A stretch of 64,000 nt of DNA from Epiperipatus broadwayi (lineage: Eukaryota > Animalia > Onychophora): positions 8,928,001-8,992,000 of the forward strand of contig JAQFVV010000002.1 of NCBI GenBank assembly GCA_028023455.1. Direction: 5' to 3'. The notes under the pieces are model-generated. The model was not told the DNA's origin, did no database searches, and worked only from the letters and a program-made list of their open reading frames with translations. Below, piece after piece: positions 11,770 to 24,049 of this stretch. The translations under genes and the position numbers were made by a program. Numbering within the stretch: position 1 is the first letter of the stretch; the number at the start of each line of letters is the position of its first letter.

Positions 11770-14700
11770 CAGTGGTCTTCAACCCCCGTTTTGCGGACTG
11801 GTGCTGGGCCGCAGAAGTTTTCTGTCAGTCTGCGCTAGATTGCCAAGAAAGTTTGTAATAACAAAATAATCAGATTTTAAACTTTTAATTAATATAAACA
11901 ATTTTTATTTATTTTTTCATCGCAATTGCTTAAATAAAATTAATTATAAATCAAAATTTTATTTAAATTATTAGATAATACTATAATTACTAAATAATAA
12001 TCAAAGGAATTTATCTGAAAATGCAATCTTTAAAAGACAAAGTGTCAATCTCATGAGAATTGCACCACTCCTTACATGTCATTTTCTATACCTAATAGGC
12101 ATTTCTGTATTGCATCATCTCATTTATTGGTCACATATAGCAAAAATTCTTATTGCATTTGTATTATCTTTTTATTTTGTGTGTGACTTTTCTTTTTGAT
12201 ATTAATTAAACTTCACAAAATGGAGACAAAAAAAGTCAAACAGCAAAACCTTTTGGTCTTCTTAAGAAGAGACAAGGATAATATTCCAGTAAAAAGAGAT
12301 GTTGATACTGAAAGTTTGCCAAGTACTAGTGTTTTGACTCTTGAAGAAACGAGGAAAAAGAGATGTGTCGATATTTCAGAATGTGCAGGAAAAAACAAAA
12401 AAGGTCATTTTATTAGAAATTACAATAAGAAGTATTTAAAACTTGGTTTCATAGTTGCTCCTGACAGTGAACTATCACCACAACCTTTGTGTGTAATATG
12501 TTCCAAAATTTTGTCAAATGAAGCTATGAAACCTTCCGAACTTGCACATCATTTGTATTCAAAGCATGGAGAATTTACCCATAAGCCATTAGACTTTTTT
12601 GAAAGATTACATGATCAAATGAAAATTCAGATAAATCAAATGAGTACAATGATGACTAGTGACAAATCGTTGCTTCAAGCATCTTATTTAGTTGCTCTTC
12701 GAATAGCTAAAACAAAAAAACCATTTACGATTGGAGAGGAATTAATAAAGCCTTGCATCTTGGATGTTGTACAAGAAATTTTGGATCCCCAAGCTGCTAA
12801 AAAACTAAACCCTGAATCATTTTCAGATACTACTATTAGGAGGAGAATTGTTGATATGGCCACAGATATTGAAGAAAAAGTTATAGAGGGCATTAAAAAG
12901 TTGAAATGTTTTGCGATTCAGCTTGACGAATCAACTGATGTGAGTAATCATGCGATTCTACTCTGCTTCATGAGATATAATGAAGATAAAGACTTAAGGG
13001 AAGAACTTCTTTGTTGCCTTGATTTACCTGCATGGACTACTGGGTCAGAAATATTTAATGTTCTTGATGAGTATTTTCAAGCACAAGGTTTGGACTGGAA
13101 TAAATGCGTAGGAGTATGTACGGATGGTGCTGCTAGCATGACTAGATGTCACTCAGGAGTAGTTATAAAAATAAAGAATGTTGCACACTCAGACATTTTG
13201 TTCACTCACTGCATGATCCACTGAGAACAACTAGCTGCAAAGAAGCTTTCTGCTGAACTAAATATTGTAATGAATGATGCTGTTAAAATTATTAATGAAA
13301 TTTATAGTCGAGCAAAATCTCCAGGTTATTCACAATATTGTGTGAGAACATGGAATCACACCACCAACATCTTCTACATGCAGAAGTGAGGTGGTTATCA
13401 AGAGGAAGAGTTTTTGCATGTCTTTTTGAACTTAGAGAAGTAAAACAGTTTTTGCTAGAGCGGAAATCAGACCTAGTAGAACCTTTGTTGAATGATGAAT
13501 GGATGGCTAAACTTGCATACTTATCAGATATATTTGACCTTCTTAACAGGCTTAATCTTTCCCTTCAGGGACCTTGTACAAATATTTTTATATTGAGAAA
13601 TAAAATGGTCGCATTTAGAAAAAAGCTGTCATTTTGTGATAATCGTGTACAACAAAAAGATATAGATATGTTTCCACTTTTAGGAGAATTTTTGACTGCT
13701 GCTAATGTCAACCAGAAAGTCATATTTAACATAATTAGTTAGCATTTAAGAGCATTAGCTGAAAACTTTGATAATTATTTTCCTGAAAGTGAGGATCTTC
13801 GTAAAGCTAATCTCTTGATTAATAACCCCTTTTTGGAAGATGTAAACTCTTGTGCATTTGAATCTCATGAAAAAGAAAATCTGATCGAATTGTCATCTGA
13901 TCTCACTCTGATGTCCAGACATAAAATGCAATCATCTCAATTTTGGCTATCACTTGAAAAAGAATATCCAACTTTTAGTTACAAAGCAATCAAATTATTA
14001 GTGATTTTTTTCAACCTCGTATTTATGTGAGAAAACATTTTCAGCAATGTCTATAATAAAAAAATAAACAAAGAAATAGAATGGATGTTAAAGCAGCACT
14101 TCGTCTTTCTGAAACAACGCTACAGCCACGCATATCAAATTTAGTAACAAAGAAACAACAGCAGACGTCACATTAGGTAGGTAAAAAATTTTAGAATTTA
14201 GATTTTTTTGTAAATAAAATATTACCTACAATAGTTTTTATTTCTATGTTAGATAAAGCTGTAGAATTTTTTAAATGCGATTTAATATGAGAAATTTTTT
14301 GCCCTAATTACTATGTTTTTAAGCCTTAAAAGCGGATTGTTTCTTTTTTTAATTGGAATTCAAATGAATTATATATATAGTGATAAGAACACAATAACCC
14401 ACCTGAATGGAAAGAGTCATTCAATATGTAATTGAACCAATATATAATGGAACTCATCGATCACATAAATTGTAATCACTCATATGCTGGCTATCCATTT
14501 GATTTACAGATATATTTGGCTGTTCATTTCAACGCTTTATAATTTCTAGTAATTATTATAATCATCATCAGATCTTAAGGAATCATAATTTTAATCTTTA
14601 ACTGTAAAAGACCGTTGACTACCTGAAAATATTTTAATTCTACAGATCATTGATGATGATTTCACTTCAGCAAGAACGTAAATCTATTATCTTTTTTTTT

Positions 14701-15400
14701 TTTTTTTTAGCAAAATGACATCTTTATAATGATTGTTTTATTTCTATCTGACTCTTTACCAAAACAACTTTTCAGCTCAATTTTTTCAGTGGCTTTACAG
14801 GTGGTCCTCGGGTGATTTCAAGAGTAAACAATTAATACAATCTGATGTTGTTTTAATCTTATTTTTACTTAATTAAAAAAAAAGAAACAGAACAAAAGCT
14901 AATCAATCATACATAAATTAATTTGTTTTTCTAGTTATCACTAATGTTTATGGGGGGGGGGAGTCAAATTTTTTATTATTTTTCGAAAAAAATTCAAAAT
15001 TAAAAAAAAAAGGTTTTTATTATACAAACTCCATATATATATATAACTTCATTTTGAATATTTAACATTAAATACAGATATTTCCCAACATTCAGATGAA
15101 TAACATTTTATTCTTGCATGTTTTAACAATAAATGTAGCAATGCAGGCACATTAATGAGAATGATTATTATTGTAATGTTTTCTGTACTTGAGAAAGAGT
15201 GTTCAGCATGTGAAGATAAGCAACACCATTACAATACACAGTAACGAATGTATTGTTTTGGTCAGTTATAACAATTATGCTCATCTAAGGCTAAGCAATT
15301 TAAATCTTTAAGAAAATTTATCTGTAGACTTCTGTCGGTCCATGAAATCTTAATCCTTATTTTTTCCGGTCTGCAGGTGTGAAAAGGTTAAAGACCACTG
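11770..15400 (+). mobile_element. hAT DNA transposon, Buster/Charlie type, both ends intact
   Basis: TIRs CAGTGGTCTTCAACC (11770-11784) and GGTTAAAGACCACTG (15386-15400). The 8-bp TSD CTATAGAT/CTATACAT has the central TA typical of Buster targets. Confidence 0.92.
12220..14176 (+). pseudogene. hAT (Buster-like) transposase pseudogene
   Basis: BED finger LCVICSKILSN...HHLYSKH, catalytic-type DESTD and DGA, HCMIH (CxxH), CEKTFS near 14025 and terminal QQTSH*. Broken by TGA at 13222 and several frameshifts. Confidence 0.92.
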
Positions 15401-15529
15401 CTATACATCATTCTTTGAATTAGAAAAAATAGAACAATCACCAATATACAGTAAGTTTATAAGGCAAGATCTTTTATTTTTACTTTTAATCAGTTCAAAT
15501 TAAATTTATTCTTGAAACTTATTTAGCAT

Positions 15530-15920
15530 TTTAATACTTGATTCAAGAAGCCATTTATAAACTGTTTCAGCAACTGCTGTCATAAAAATGAATACAAGCT
15601 CATGTCTGTTTAATATAGATAAGTTTTCATTTCAAATGTTTTAAAATTTTCATTGTGAGTAATAAAACTTTTTTATATTCAACATGAAGAAGCTGAATAA
15701 TAAAAACAAATTGTGATGGATATCCAGTTATTTTTAAACATTGCCTCAACACTTTTTGATTAACTGAAATCAAATTCTCTGACCAAACTGATTAAAACAA
15801 TATATGTATAAATCATATTTTTGTTGGTGACTTTTGCTTGCATTTTCCGGGCAGTAAAATACCTGCTTATAAAGCTTCATGATTCTTTAAAACCATATTG
15901 AATCTCTGGTAAATGCTTCG
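15530..15920 (-). pseudogene. RTE-clade reverse transcriptase fragment
   Basis: LPEIQYGFKES*SF...FTARKMQAK...SVNQKVL resembles RTE LPESQCGFR..RST.DMIFTARQLQEK. Confidence 0.65.
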
Positions 15921-16179
15921 TTATGAGTAGTCAAAAGGTTAATAAAAAATTTAAAATAATTTTATAGATAACTATAATATTCCATAATAATTATTACCAT
16001 CTTCTTTTATTCAAATTTATTTTAGAAATTAGACTAATAAAAGCATCATTAAGATCCTGGAACATATTTTCCCTAAACAATACATTTATATATATTAAAA
16101 AATTCTAACAATTTTTAAGCTAACATTATTACCATTATATTTTATAACTTCTTTAGATATTTAATTAATAATATTTTTT

Positions 16180-16357
16180 TAATTTTCACTATGCCACTCT
16201 CATGCAAGGTAGAGACTGGTTTCTATCCACAGTTAACACTTTGTGGAAATCATAAATATATGACTAAAAACATGTTTATGATTACATCCTCCCCAATGAG
16301 TTAAAAGTGGACAGAAACCAGTGCCTATCTTGCTAGTGAGGGATGTAGTGAAAATTA
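16180..16357. mobile_element. ~178-bp foldback MITE
   Basis: AATTTTCACTATGCCACTCTCATGCAAGGTAGAGACTGGTTTCTATCCAC pairs imperfectly with GTGGACAGAAACCAGTGCCTATCTTGCTAGTGAGGGATGTAGTGAAAATT. TA occurs at both ends. Confidence 0.8.
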
Positions 16358-19300
16358 CACTACAGAAATACTATTTATTAAATGAATAATCTCTCATCTA
16401 ATAAATGACTAATAAAAATTATTAATGTATTTTCCTAAGTAATCTTTCAAAACTTTATATATATTTGTAATGTTATAATTACAAAAAGCTGTTTAACTTC
16501 ATTAAGCCGAATAATTCTTTCCAAATCTAATTGATAAGTTATATATAATATTAAATGCAGTCTTCTGATTGTTTTATATCATCAGACTAATCATAATCAG
16601 AAAATTCTCTCTGTTTGAAATATTAATTTTCACTTTATAATAAACTTTTTCCGATACAAATGCCAATCACAATACATAAAAAAATAATAATTTTAAGGTG
16701 ACTTTATTGGCCTAGATTGTGCCTTTTTAAAAGTTTTAATTCACTAATCACCTAAGTTTGCATTAGTCATAGATTTTTTCCTTAGAGATCTTACATTGCT
16801 CATAAAGCTACTATTCATTTATTATTATTCCAAGAAGAAAATGTTTTATATTTTCTTTTATTCATTATTGTTAAAGAATGAGTCAGAATTTTTTTAATGA
16901 AGTTAAGAATGGACTGATTATCAACCTAAATATATTCCTCAAGAAAACTGCATGTCTTAATTATATGATAAACTTTAAAATCCAAAAATTTAGTATTAAA
17001 TGCATGTTGAACTTTAATATGAGTAACAGCTGCTTTTAAAGAATAAATGTCACCTTTTTGTATTCAACTATCATTTTAACACTAGATAATATCTCTGATA
17101 CATTCAACAACAATGTGTCTATAAAAGTGTATATAATTTGATTTTTTTTTTACAGTCTGATACTTAACTATAATAAAATTTATAAAAAGTCTTTGTTTTG
17201 AGGGTGGATGCCTCCAATTTTTAAAAATATTTGTGATATTCATTCTATGTGTTGTATAAAATTTAATGCCAACAGATCATTTGACTTCAGAAAGCCAATA
17301 CAAATAACTTTAAATGATAGTTTATTGTTTTTACTTATAATGACATTAAAATATTCATGAAAAAAAATTTCTATGTTCTAATGGTTTTAATGCAATAACA
17401 TTAATTTTTATATCAAGGAATAAAAATTTTATTTCTAAAATTTTCTGAATCTAGCATTAATAGAGATACGCTCTATAAAATGTATTTATACACCATTTCA
17501 CAAGTTAATTATAACATCATTAGATATCACTTATACATTTAGAAATTCAAAGTATAGAAAATAATAAGATAGCCCTCACAGCATATTCAATACAATTAAT
17601 ATTTATTTACTTGATATGAATTGTTTTTAGCCATTTATTTATTCAATTAATATATCCTTTTCTGAAAGATAATTATTTGAAAACAGCTTTAACAATCTTA
17701 AACTGTAACTATTTTTATTTACCAGTGTTGTTCTACATTCAGATCTTAAAGTCTGCATCAAGAAAATTCATTCCTTCCACTTATAGTTAGAAAATGAATG
17801 AAATTTTTATTAGTAGTAGTAGCTTCTGCTTTAACATTATTGCTATTACTTGCATTACATCTATTTTTACCATTTAAATGAGCAATTCACTGAGAATGAT
17901 TATAAAGCCAAATTATTAGACAGATCATTTTAGACTAAATTTTGTAGGTCCTTCCTTATTTGTAGAAGGAGTAGAGGAATTCTTAAATATAATTAGCCAA
18001 GCATAAAATCATTTTCTGAGTAAACTTTTGTTCTAGATCCAATTCCAAAATAACTCATTATTGTTTGTAGTGGCTTGTGCAAAATCATAACATTCACTTC
18101 CACATAAAAAAAAATTGCAGTTAAAATTGTAGAATGTTTAATTAAAATGAAAATTTGGTTTGACAAATATGCAATTTTGTTGTCATATTTATGTTAAAAG
18201 ATATCTGAAAGCATAGAAGAATCATATTCTAAGCTTTAAGTCAATACATGATAGAAGGAAATAGATTTAAAAAAATAGAAAAAGAATGAGAGAAAGAAAA
18301 CAGAGAAAATGTATATCAGAAATAGCACTTTAGAATTTGGTAAGCCATATTTTATATTATTAGGCATTAGAAAATACTTTTAGTTGTGCACTGTTGTTAA
18401 TTAATGTTAATCCTGATATTGTTAATATCACTCTAGTTTTTATCCTACACCAATGAGAGTTTGCATTTATTTAGCACTCAATATGCCTACATATTCAAGT
18501 CAAATGCTAATAAAAATAAACTAAAAAATTTAAAATAAAATATTTAAATTTGGTTGGATCAACAAGAATTTGGAATAAAAGAAAACTTACAATAGACTTA
18601 TACATACTATAAACAAGTTAGAAAATATTTCTTAATAAAACATTATTGATAAGGATTTGATTGATAATTGACATATAAAGAAAATGAAGATGAAGAGAAT
18701 ATTCAAATGTTCTTTGAAGATGAAAATTCAATAAAGCTTTTTTTATTTTAAGTAAAATCTTTATTAACAAAAATTATATATTGTGCCCTTGTCTGTAGGT
18801 CATAATAAGGTACAAAGGTCAATTACTAAAGAATTTTAAGTTATATTTGTATGATATATAAATAATAGTAGGATAATTAAATTTTATAGTACAATTTAAA
18901 ACTGAAAATACCTGGTATATAAAAGTGTAATAGATTATTTTAAAAGAAAACAGTTAAATAAAGCTTAATTATATTCTTGCTTATGGTTGGAAAAGCTGGC
19001 CATATAAAATAATACAGCTATAAATATTTTAAAAATATATTAATAATTTGAATATAATATTTTAAAACTAATAAATTAAATAAATGCTATATGTAGTGTT
19101 ATAAATATATTTAATAGTCAAAATTAATAGAGTATATTTTAAGATAAACTTTATGATGGTGAGAATTATATTTAATTCTACAAGTTTAAATTATTTTCCA
19201 AATTTTTTATAAAATATATCAGTTTTGGTAATTTAGACCGAGACATAAATAAAAAATCATTTGATAAAGTTAGTAAACATGTGACTGTATATTATATACC

Positions 19301-19489
19301 TTCACACACACACTTGTTAGAATAATAAAAAAGTTTGTGAAGTATGAAACTAAATATAATTTCCATCGATCCTTAAAGTAAAAGTTTTAAATGTTAAATA
19401 TTATTTTAATAATTATTTTAAAAGCTTAAATGATTTTTATAAAACTATAATTGAATTTAAAAATACTAGTCTAAGTAATATTTTGAGAC

Positions 19490-22400
19490 ATTACGTCATC
19501 AATTCATTATTTTAAAAGTCTAGTCTGTTATAAAACTAAAATGTGTAAATCTGTTCGCGCTAAAAAGTCATTAACCAATCAACGGAGGTAAATTAGCAGA
19601 CAAAATATAAGAATTAGACGGAGCGGAAGGAGAAGTAATGTGTAAGTGAAAGAGAAAGTAACATATTTTTTAGCTGATAACACCGTAGCTAGAAAAGTGA
19701 TATAAATTTAAAATTTTGTATTTATTTTAAAAGTTCTTTTGTAACATATAATATATTTTGACTGCCTCTACATGGATTGCTAATTTTAAAAGTTATCTTA
19801 CCAGGATATTTTATTCGAATTTAACCAAAACCTTACAGTAAAATGGAAGTACAAGGAAAAATACCTAAAAATATTGCTAAAGGAAAAATATTTGGAAAGT
19901 GTCTTAATACAGCTTTATTTATGCTCAACCGGAAACTTATTATTATAACTCAAAGAAATATAATTGGGACGCTATATGAAAACTTAAAAGAGAAGTTACT
20001 TGCCATCAGGAGAAAATTATGACGCACAATTTTATGAGGCTACTTTGAAGTTTTGTTGTTCTTCTCTATGGAAAAATGTAAGATGCGGTTTTATTATAAA
20101 GAAAATTATGTAAAAGTATAATGAAAAAAAGAATGTTTATCTGTTAAAAAGAGACAGTACAAAAATATAGTACCAGAATTTTACATAAAGAAAAAAGTTA
20201 TAGAATAATATGAAAGTGCTATTACGTGTCTTATGGAAAAGAACGGAAAAACTTTATCTAAGATGAATTAGAAAAAAAAATATTATAAAGTATTCATTGG
20301 AGGAAAGGATTGATTTTGAAAATATAAAATTAAATTACTCAATGAAAATGGATCCATGGAAATAAGAAAAATTTTATTGAATATTTTAAATAAAAGTACC
20401 TAGAGGATGCATCGGAAAAGTCGCGCGGGAAAATATTAGCAGACAATATTAGAAGGGAATATGTAGACGTTTTTCTTTACAGGATTAATTGATATCAAGA
20501 ATTAATAATAGTATTAAATATTTTAAAACCAAGGATTGTCGTCTATGAAGATTTATCAAACAGAGCAGTAATTGTTTTACTTTAAAATAGAACATTAAGT
20601 GACTGAAGAAGAAATAAAATACATTTTTTTTTTAGCTTTAATATGAACGGTTCAAGAAAGTTTTATGAAGAAGTACCGTAAATATAATTTAAATATTTTT
20701 TACTAATTTATTTTAAAATATAAAATGCTATGTGAGATTAGGGAAAACATAGAAACATAAATTTAGTAATATTAAAAAATTAAATATAATAGCTTGATAT
20801 AATGATAGATATATTGTTTAAAAATAAAGTGTATGTATGGAAGTTTTATATCTACAAGAATCAATGGGATGGTGAAGCCTACGGAACACGATCGAGAAGA
20901 TAAAGATCGTTTGGTAATTTTGATATTTATTTATAATGCATAATGTATTTTTTTTTTTTAGATCATCTATTGATTAAGAATGATGTGTGAAAGTTTAATT
21001 TATATGTACACATTTTATACAACATTTTAAAACATATTATGAGATAGGAGTAATTCTGAATATGCATGCAATAAGTTATTTAAAGTATATTAATAATATA
21101 ATTCGACAGAACAATTGTGTGATTCTTTTGAACTTTCACGTGATAAAGTATTCAGATATTTTAAAATAGTTTGTATATGATAAAATATACGAGGAAAGTA
21201 GTAAAAAGATTTTCTTATAGAACAGCGGAATAGTTTAGAAATAAATGAATTTTATTATTGTTAGAAATGCAGATAGGTATTTGTCGATGTACCGTATAGA
21301 AAATCTTGAGAAATAAGATCGGATAGTGACTTGGTAGTACTAGTGGAGAGGAAACCAAGATGATGTTTTTTGTTAAGAAATAGGAAAAATAAAGTATTTG
21401 GATCATAGTTAGTTTGTGTGATTTCAGTATAGCTAACTAAGCCCTATGACTGAACACATATAGTTTGGACAGTGTTTTTTGCATATCTTTAAACTTTTTG
21501 ATGTTATAATAAAGCTGAAGAAATAGCTTTAGCATCACTCCTATAATAGAGGTTGGTAGACAGATAAAGGTCACTCCTCTATAGTGTCTTTTAATTCACT
21601 GTGCCATTATTGTCAAGGTTTATGATGAGTAATATTCTAGTTATATTTTGATCCTATGCATCTATCTTCGCTATCCTTATTTCGTGAACCTGCATCGTCA
21701 GAGAGATATTTTCAAAGAAATAATGAATAAAATAGAACTGAAGATACGTTATCGTTTATGTAAGAATAGTTTATTTACTGGAATGTATAGAATTGTGAAA
21801 TTTTAAAAGTGAAAGTACAAAATATCATAAAGAGAGAAAGAATCATATAATACAGTTTAAAATTAATTCGGAAATGAACATAAGATTTTAAAAAGAGAGA
21901 AATCTAAACAAAGTTTTTTTTTAAAAGTGATAATAAAATTTGAATGTTTTAAATAGTATTTTATAAAATAAATATTGCATATTTATTAAGAACATAATTC
22001 AATAATGTGTAATAAACATATACTTGTGCATGGTATATTAATAGTTGTAATTATATCATCCGAAGTAAGGCTTGAATGAGTATATTAGGATTAATAAACA
22101 TCGGATAATGAACAATAAAACCTAATATCGAATGTATAAGAATGTTTTTGAATTTGTAGGATTCCATACAACCAATATAAAACTAGAATTTTATTGTTTT
22201 GTAGAATGTTTACTACGAATGTAATTTTGTAAAAATATAATTTTAATCATAGTAGGGATACAAAGTGTTAATGATAATTCGATAAGAAATTCATTTTGTA
22301 ACAAGCTAACTATAATAAGAAATCCAATAATAATAATACTGTATTTTCTTAAGCATTTAAAAGATAAGAGTTAACTAGAAAAAATAAATAGAAGTTTGAT

Positions 22401-23520
22401 TTTCATTTCATTTTTACAAACTAGTAAAATAATTTTAAGATAGGAGAATAAGGATATCCAATGTACATAATGTAAAATATTGTTATTTGTTTATGTTATT
22501 AATAAACTTTGTTGTAAATTTATTTTAAAGCTTTGTGTCAGCGTTGTTATTTCTCCACATGGATGCATGATATCACGATACACTTATAATTGAAACAGAT
22601 ATATAGTTTTTGGCACAAAAAGGTAAACATAAAAGTGTTATAATCATTTTGAGAATTTATTGGTATGTTAAAATTAAAAGATCATAATTTTATATTATTT
22701 CTTGGTCATAAGTCGGTTGCCACAATATTACATTAAAATATATGCTAATGTTGCCACACATATTCTGTTGTCAGATTATTAGAATACTACCACGTACGTA
22801 TTTATTTTATTTCATTTAGGAAGAAATAAGATTATATTATACTATTGTTGTTATTATTATTATTTATTATTGTTAGTTACTGCGTAGTGAATTATGACAT
22901 AAAATTCCCTTTTCATAGTTTACTACCGTAATTTTAAATCAGTTAGAATACAATTTATGAACCTGAGATTTTATTTTATTTTATATTATTTATTTTCTTT
23001 ATTTTATTTTAATTAATTGAGCTAGATTATTATTATAAAGAATATTAAGATATGATTATTATTTTAATCGTAGTGAATAGAGCTTAGAAAGTCGTAAGAA
23101 TACTATGAGTTAGTTATTTGGTATAGTAAAAAGGGAGTATAGTATTCTTATGCCATTGAGATAGTATCGTGTGGATAATATCTCAATGTAGTCTATCTCG
23201 TTCCCCGTTCCCCGTATCGTCTCTCCATGTCTCATGAAAATGGTAAATATTTGTTAATATATTTTAAAAATATAACCGTATTTGTAATTAAAAAATTAGA
23301 GCTAGTAATCATTTTTAATTAATGCTGGATATTTCATTTATTTATTTGTTAACTGAGCTAGAACCCGGAATTTAAACAGTATATATAAATTTTGGAGGAT
23401 GAGCGTGGGAGAGGTTAGAATATATATACAATAATTATAAAATATATAAATAAGTATAAAAAATTCAATAATGTTATGAATAAAATATCTGTATAATACA
23501 ACTTTATTGACATACGATAA
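19490..23520. promoter_or_regulatory. AT-rich CpG-retaining island with promoter-like motifs at its left edge
   Basis: Hand count gives about 60 CpG in 4 kb versus about 7 in 15400-19400. CRE-like TTACGTCA (19491), CCAAT (19575), CGGAAG (19624) and donor-like GTAAGT (19642). Confidence 0.5.
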
Positions 23521-24049
23521 CAAAACTGTAGTTAAAAGGAAGACATAATAAATTATATGTAAAAAGAGTGCTCAGTAAAATATACATAGATAAGGATAAA
23601 TTTAGGAATAATAGAAATATTTGTAAAGAATTTAAAGAATATTATTTTTTTAATAAAGAAATGGTGTGTGATATGAAAAAAGAAATATTTATTTATAATA
23701 TCATTGTATACATATAAATCTACACACAAAATATTTAAGATTCTGAGTGAAGGAAAATTAAAAAAAGAAAGAATGATATATAAATCAAAATTTGTATATA
23801 TGTTATTGTATAAAAATTGCCATCAATTTTATTCATAAAAGTGATAGTTAAATATATGTTATTTTTATAACTGTTGGGTGCTGAATTCAGGGCACCAATG
23901 GAGTCTACAAATGACAAATAATGGGATGTTTTTTAGATGATGAGAAGAGATACACTGTGACTTCTCCTTTTCAGAGTCAAGAATCTCTCAGCTACCATGT
24001 CCAGAGAAACCTGTTAGCCACATTCCTTCCTTTTCCCCCATCCAAAGTT

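Noticed and set aside
20400-20560. Possible Walker A/B pair (SRGKILA / IVVYEDL) in the CpG island
   Set aside because: It does not fit GxxxxGK[ST], and there is no supporting helicase or ATPase context.
21595-21760. HYC...YFDP resembling a Polinton/adenain protease
   Set aside because: No downstream Q...CG catalytic motif, and the region has multiple stops.
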